DNA from: Chlorokybus atmophyticus
Taxonomy: Eukaryota > Plantae > Mesostigma and Chlorokybus algae
Direction of reading: 5' to 3'
DNA length: 7,677 nt
NCBI GenBank assembly: GCA_009103225.1
Contig: RHPI01000576.1
Coordinates: 1 to 7,677, forward strand
Shown: positions 5,642 through 7,677 of the stretch, piece after piece
Position numbering within the stretch: position 1 is the first letter of the stretch
Layout of the letters: each line of letters starts with the position of its first letter
Made by a program: the position numbers and the translations under genes
Notes under the pieces: generated by a model
Database searches by the model: none
Told to the model about the DNA's origin: nothing
What the model saw: only the letters and a program-made list of their open reading frames with translations

Positions 5642-7676
5642 CTCCTCCCCCCCCAGGTGAGCTTCGTCCTCGAAGCTCGCGAGGTTGTCGTCGAGCAAGA
5701 TAGGCACGCACAACGTCTTGAGCATTAGTCAAGTGTGCCTCTGGCTCCCAGGATGCTTCATGCAACGGATAGCCCTTCCATTTCACTAAGAACTTGCGTA
5801 CGCCATGCACAAACTTCTCACCAAGGATGTCTTCTACCTCCCACTCGGGTTCACCGTCCGTGCCAACTTCGGGGGGTGGCCTTTCTGGCGGTTGTCCTCG
5901 ATATGCTTTCAGAAGGGAGACGTGAAAAACGGGGTGCACACGCATGGTGTCGGGTAGCTCCAACTTGTACGCCACGTCCGAGATAACTTTGCTGACCTTA
6001 AATGGTCCCAACCAGCGTTCATTCAGCTTGCGAACTCCCGTACGCACCTGGACGTGCTTCGCGGAGAGTAACACAATGTCGCCTTCCTGAAACGTGAGGT
6101 GTCGGCGATGCGCGTCCGCGTACTGCTTCTGCCGATTTTGTGCCACCAATAACGCATCCCTAGCTGCCTTGTTAATGTCCGCGCACTTTGTAAGGAAGTC
6201 ATTAGCTGCCTCCACACGCACGTCATGTCGTCGCGGTGTCCATGCCGTCAACGGTGTCAATGGATGTTGCCCGTAGTTCATAAGGAAGGGAGTGACACCT
6301 GTGCTTGCATTGTGGTGGTTGTTGATCGCAAACTCAACCAACTCAAGCAGCTCCTCCCAATTGTCTTGTCGCGCGTTAACGTAGCAACGCAGCATGTCCT
6401 CGATCACACGGTTGGCCCGCTCCGTTTGCCCATCAGTTTGCGGGTGGAATGCCGTGCTAAACTTCAGTGTGGTACCCAGTGCACTATGCAGCGCCTCCCA
6501 AAACTTACTTGTAAAGCGCGGGTCGCGATCACTCACAATGCTTCGTGGTAATCCATGAGAACGAAATACATGCTTCACGAACAAGCGTGCTGCCTCCGGT
6601 GCCGTGCAAGACTCACTACACGGTGCCAAGCGTACCATTTTGCTGGTTTTATCGACGAACACAAGTATAGCGTCGTACCCTTCTTTTGTCTTTGGTAGCC
6701 CCGTGATAAAGTCCATGGTAACTTGCTCCCACTTGGACAATGGCACAGGGAGAGGTTGCAGCAACCCACCTGGCTTTTGGTTGCTTGCCTTCACCCTTTG
6801 GCATGCGTCGCACAACGCCACGTAGTCGCGCACATCGCGATGCATCTCTCGCCAGTAAAAACGCTGTTTTAAGCTTGCCAAAGTCCTTTCCAACCCTTGG
6901 TGACCAGCAATGGGCACGTCATGAGCTTCCTTTAGCAACTTCACACGGATATGCGCGACGTTGGGGATGTGCAAGCGCCCATGGTGCCACAGCAGCCCGT
7001 CGCGCAGTGACCAGTGCCCACTTGTGTCCGTAGCTGTATTTTTCAGCTCTTGCAACACTTTCATACCCTCCGTGTCTTCACGAAGCACTTGCCGAATCTG
7101 GTCGGTCCACTCGGGCTGCACTTGAGCGAGTGCCTCAATTGCATTAAGCCGGCTCAGCGCGTCAGCAACACCATTTGACGTACCGGGCTTGTACTTGATA
7201 TCGAAGTCAAAAAGTTGAAAGAACTCAAGCCATCGAGCTTGTCTGCGACTCAGATGAGGTTGTGTTTGTAAGTACCTCAGTGGAGAGTGATCCGTCTCAA
7301 GCACGAACTTTTTGCCTTCCAAAAAACAACGCCATTGTCGTAGCGCCATGACTTGCGCTAAAAGTTCCTTCTCGTGCACGGGGTAATTCAGCTCCGCACC
7401 ACTCATCTTTTTGCTGAAGAATGCTACTGGTTGAAGGCCGTTGCCATGGTCTTGCTGCAAAACAGCTCCTATGGCTGTGTCGGACGCGTCGCAAGCTTAA
7501 ATAAATGTCTTTTCCATGTTGGGGTGAGCCAGGACTGGTGCCTCCGTCAGCGCCTTCTTCAACGCAGCAAATGCATGCTCCTCTGTTGCTGACCAGCTCC
7601 AATGCTTTCCCTTCTTGAGTAGGGTAGTCAAGGGAGCAGCTATGCGCGAAAACCCCATGATAAACTTGCGATGATA
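5637..7676 (-). CDS. pol: Pol polyprotein C-terminal part (RT end, RNase H, integrase, chromodomain), interrupted by an in-frame TAA at 7497-7499; 5' end outside the window
   Basis: One frame runs from 7676: YHRKFIMGFSRIAAPLTTLLKK...APVLAHPNMEKTFI*ACDASDTAIGAVL. RNase H ~7493-7149 (DASD, EKELLA, TDH, ADALSR). Integrase: HHCC (AHD..AGH..CDAC), catalytic core (MDFITGLP, SDRDPRF, DGQTERANR) and GPF motif. Chromodomain ~5846-5697. The track's start at 7460 is an artefact of the internal stop. Confidence 0.95.
5642..5654 (-). other. Polypurine tract (plus-strand primer)
   Basis: GGGGGGGGAGGAG on the minus strand directly abutting the LTR's TG. Confidence 0.92.
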
Positions 7677-7677
7677 A

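Larger units (their letters stand above)
4986..7677 (-). mobile_element. Ty3/Gypsy chromovirus LTR retrotransposon, 3' half (continues right of the window)
   Basis: Domain order RT-RNase H-integrase-chromodomain is diagnostic of Ty3/Gypsy chromoviruses, followed by a PPT and an LTR with TG...CA ends. Confidence 0.96.

Noticed and set aside
7494-7510. Suspected frameshift in pol upstream of DASD
   Set aside because: Base-by-base recount shows the upstream RT segment is in the same frame; the lesion is an in-frame TAA.
5735-7602. Short ORFs overlapping pol and ORFs inside the LTR (4985-5618)
   Set aside because: Alternative-frame or antisense by-products of GC-rich element sequence with no recognisable motifs.

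Overview
Eukaryotic, transposon-rich window; the host cannot be identified from sequence alone. The right part (4986-7677, minus strand) is the 3' half of a Ty3/Gypsy chromovirus LTR retrotransposon: end of RT, RNase H, integrase and chromodomain, a polypurine tract, and a ~656-bp 3' LTR. Its pol frame has one in-frame TAA (7497-7499). The first 111 bp are the end of a second LTR of the same family (109/111 identical, same orientation). The 4.87 kb between the LTRs holds a head-to-head pair of intron-containing genes that the ORF track does not show. One is a minus-strand orphan gene (ATG 1312) apparently cut in its sixth exon by the left LTR. The other is a plus-strand pseudogene (about 1710-4699) ending in a trihelix/Myb-SANT domain plus a coiled-coil-like tail, with a possible N-terminal Cys/His zinc-binding motif. 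Their ~400-bp shared upstream region has a dense array of CGTAC-core motifs in direct and inverted arrangement. All gene models are manual splice reconstructions with no database searches. The link between the 5' and 3' halves of the plus-strand gene is not fully resolved.
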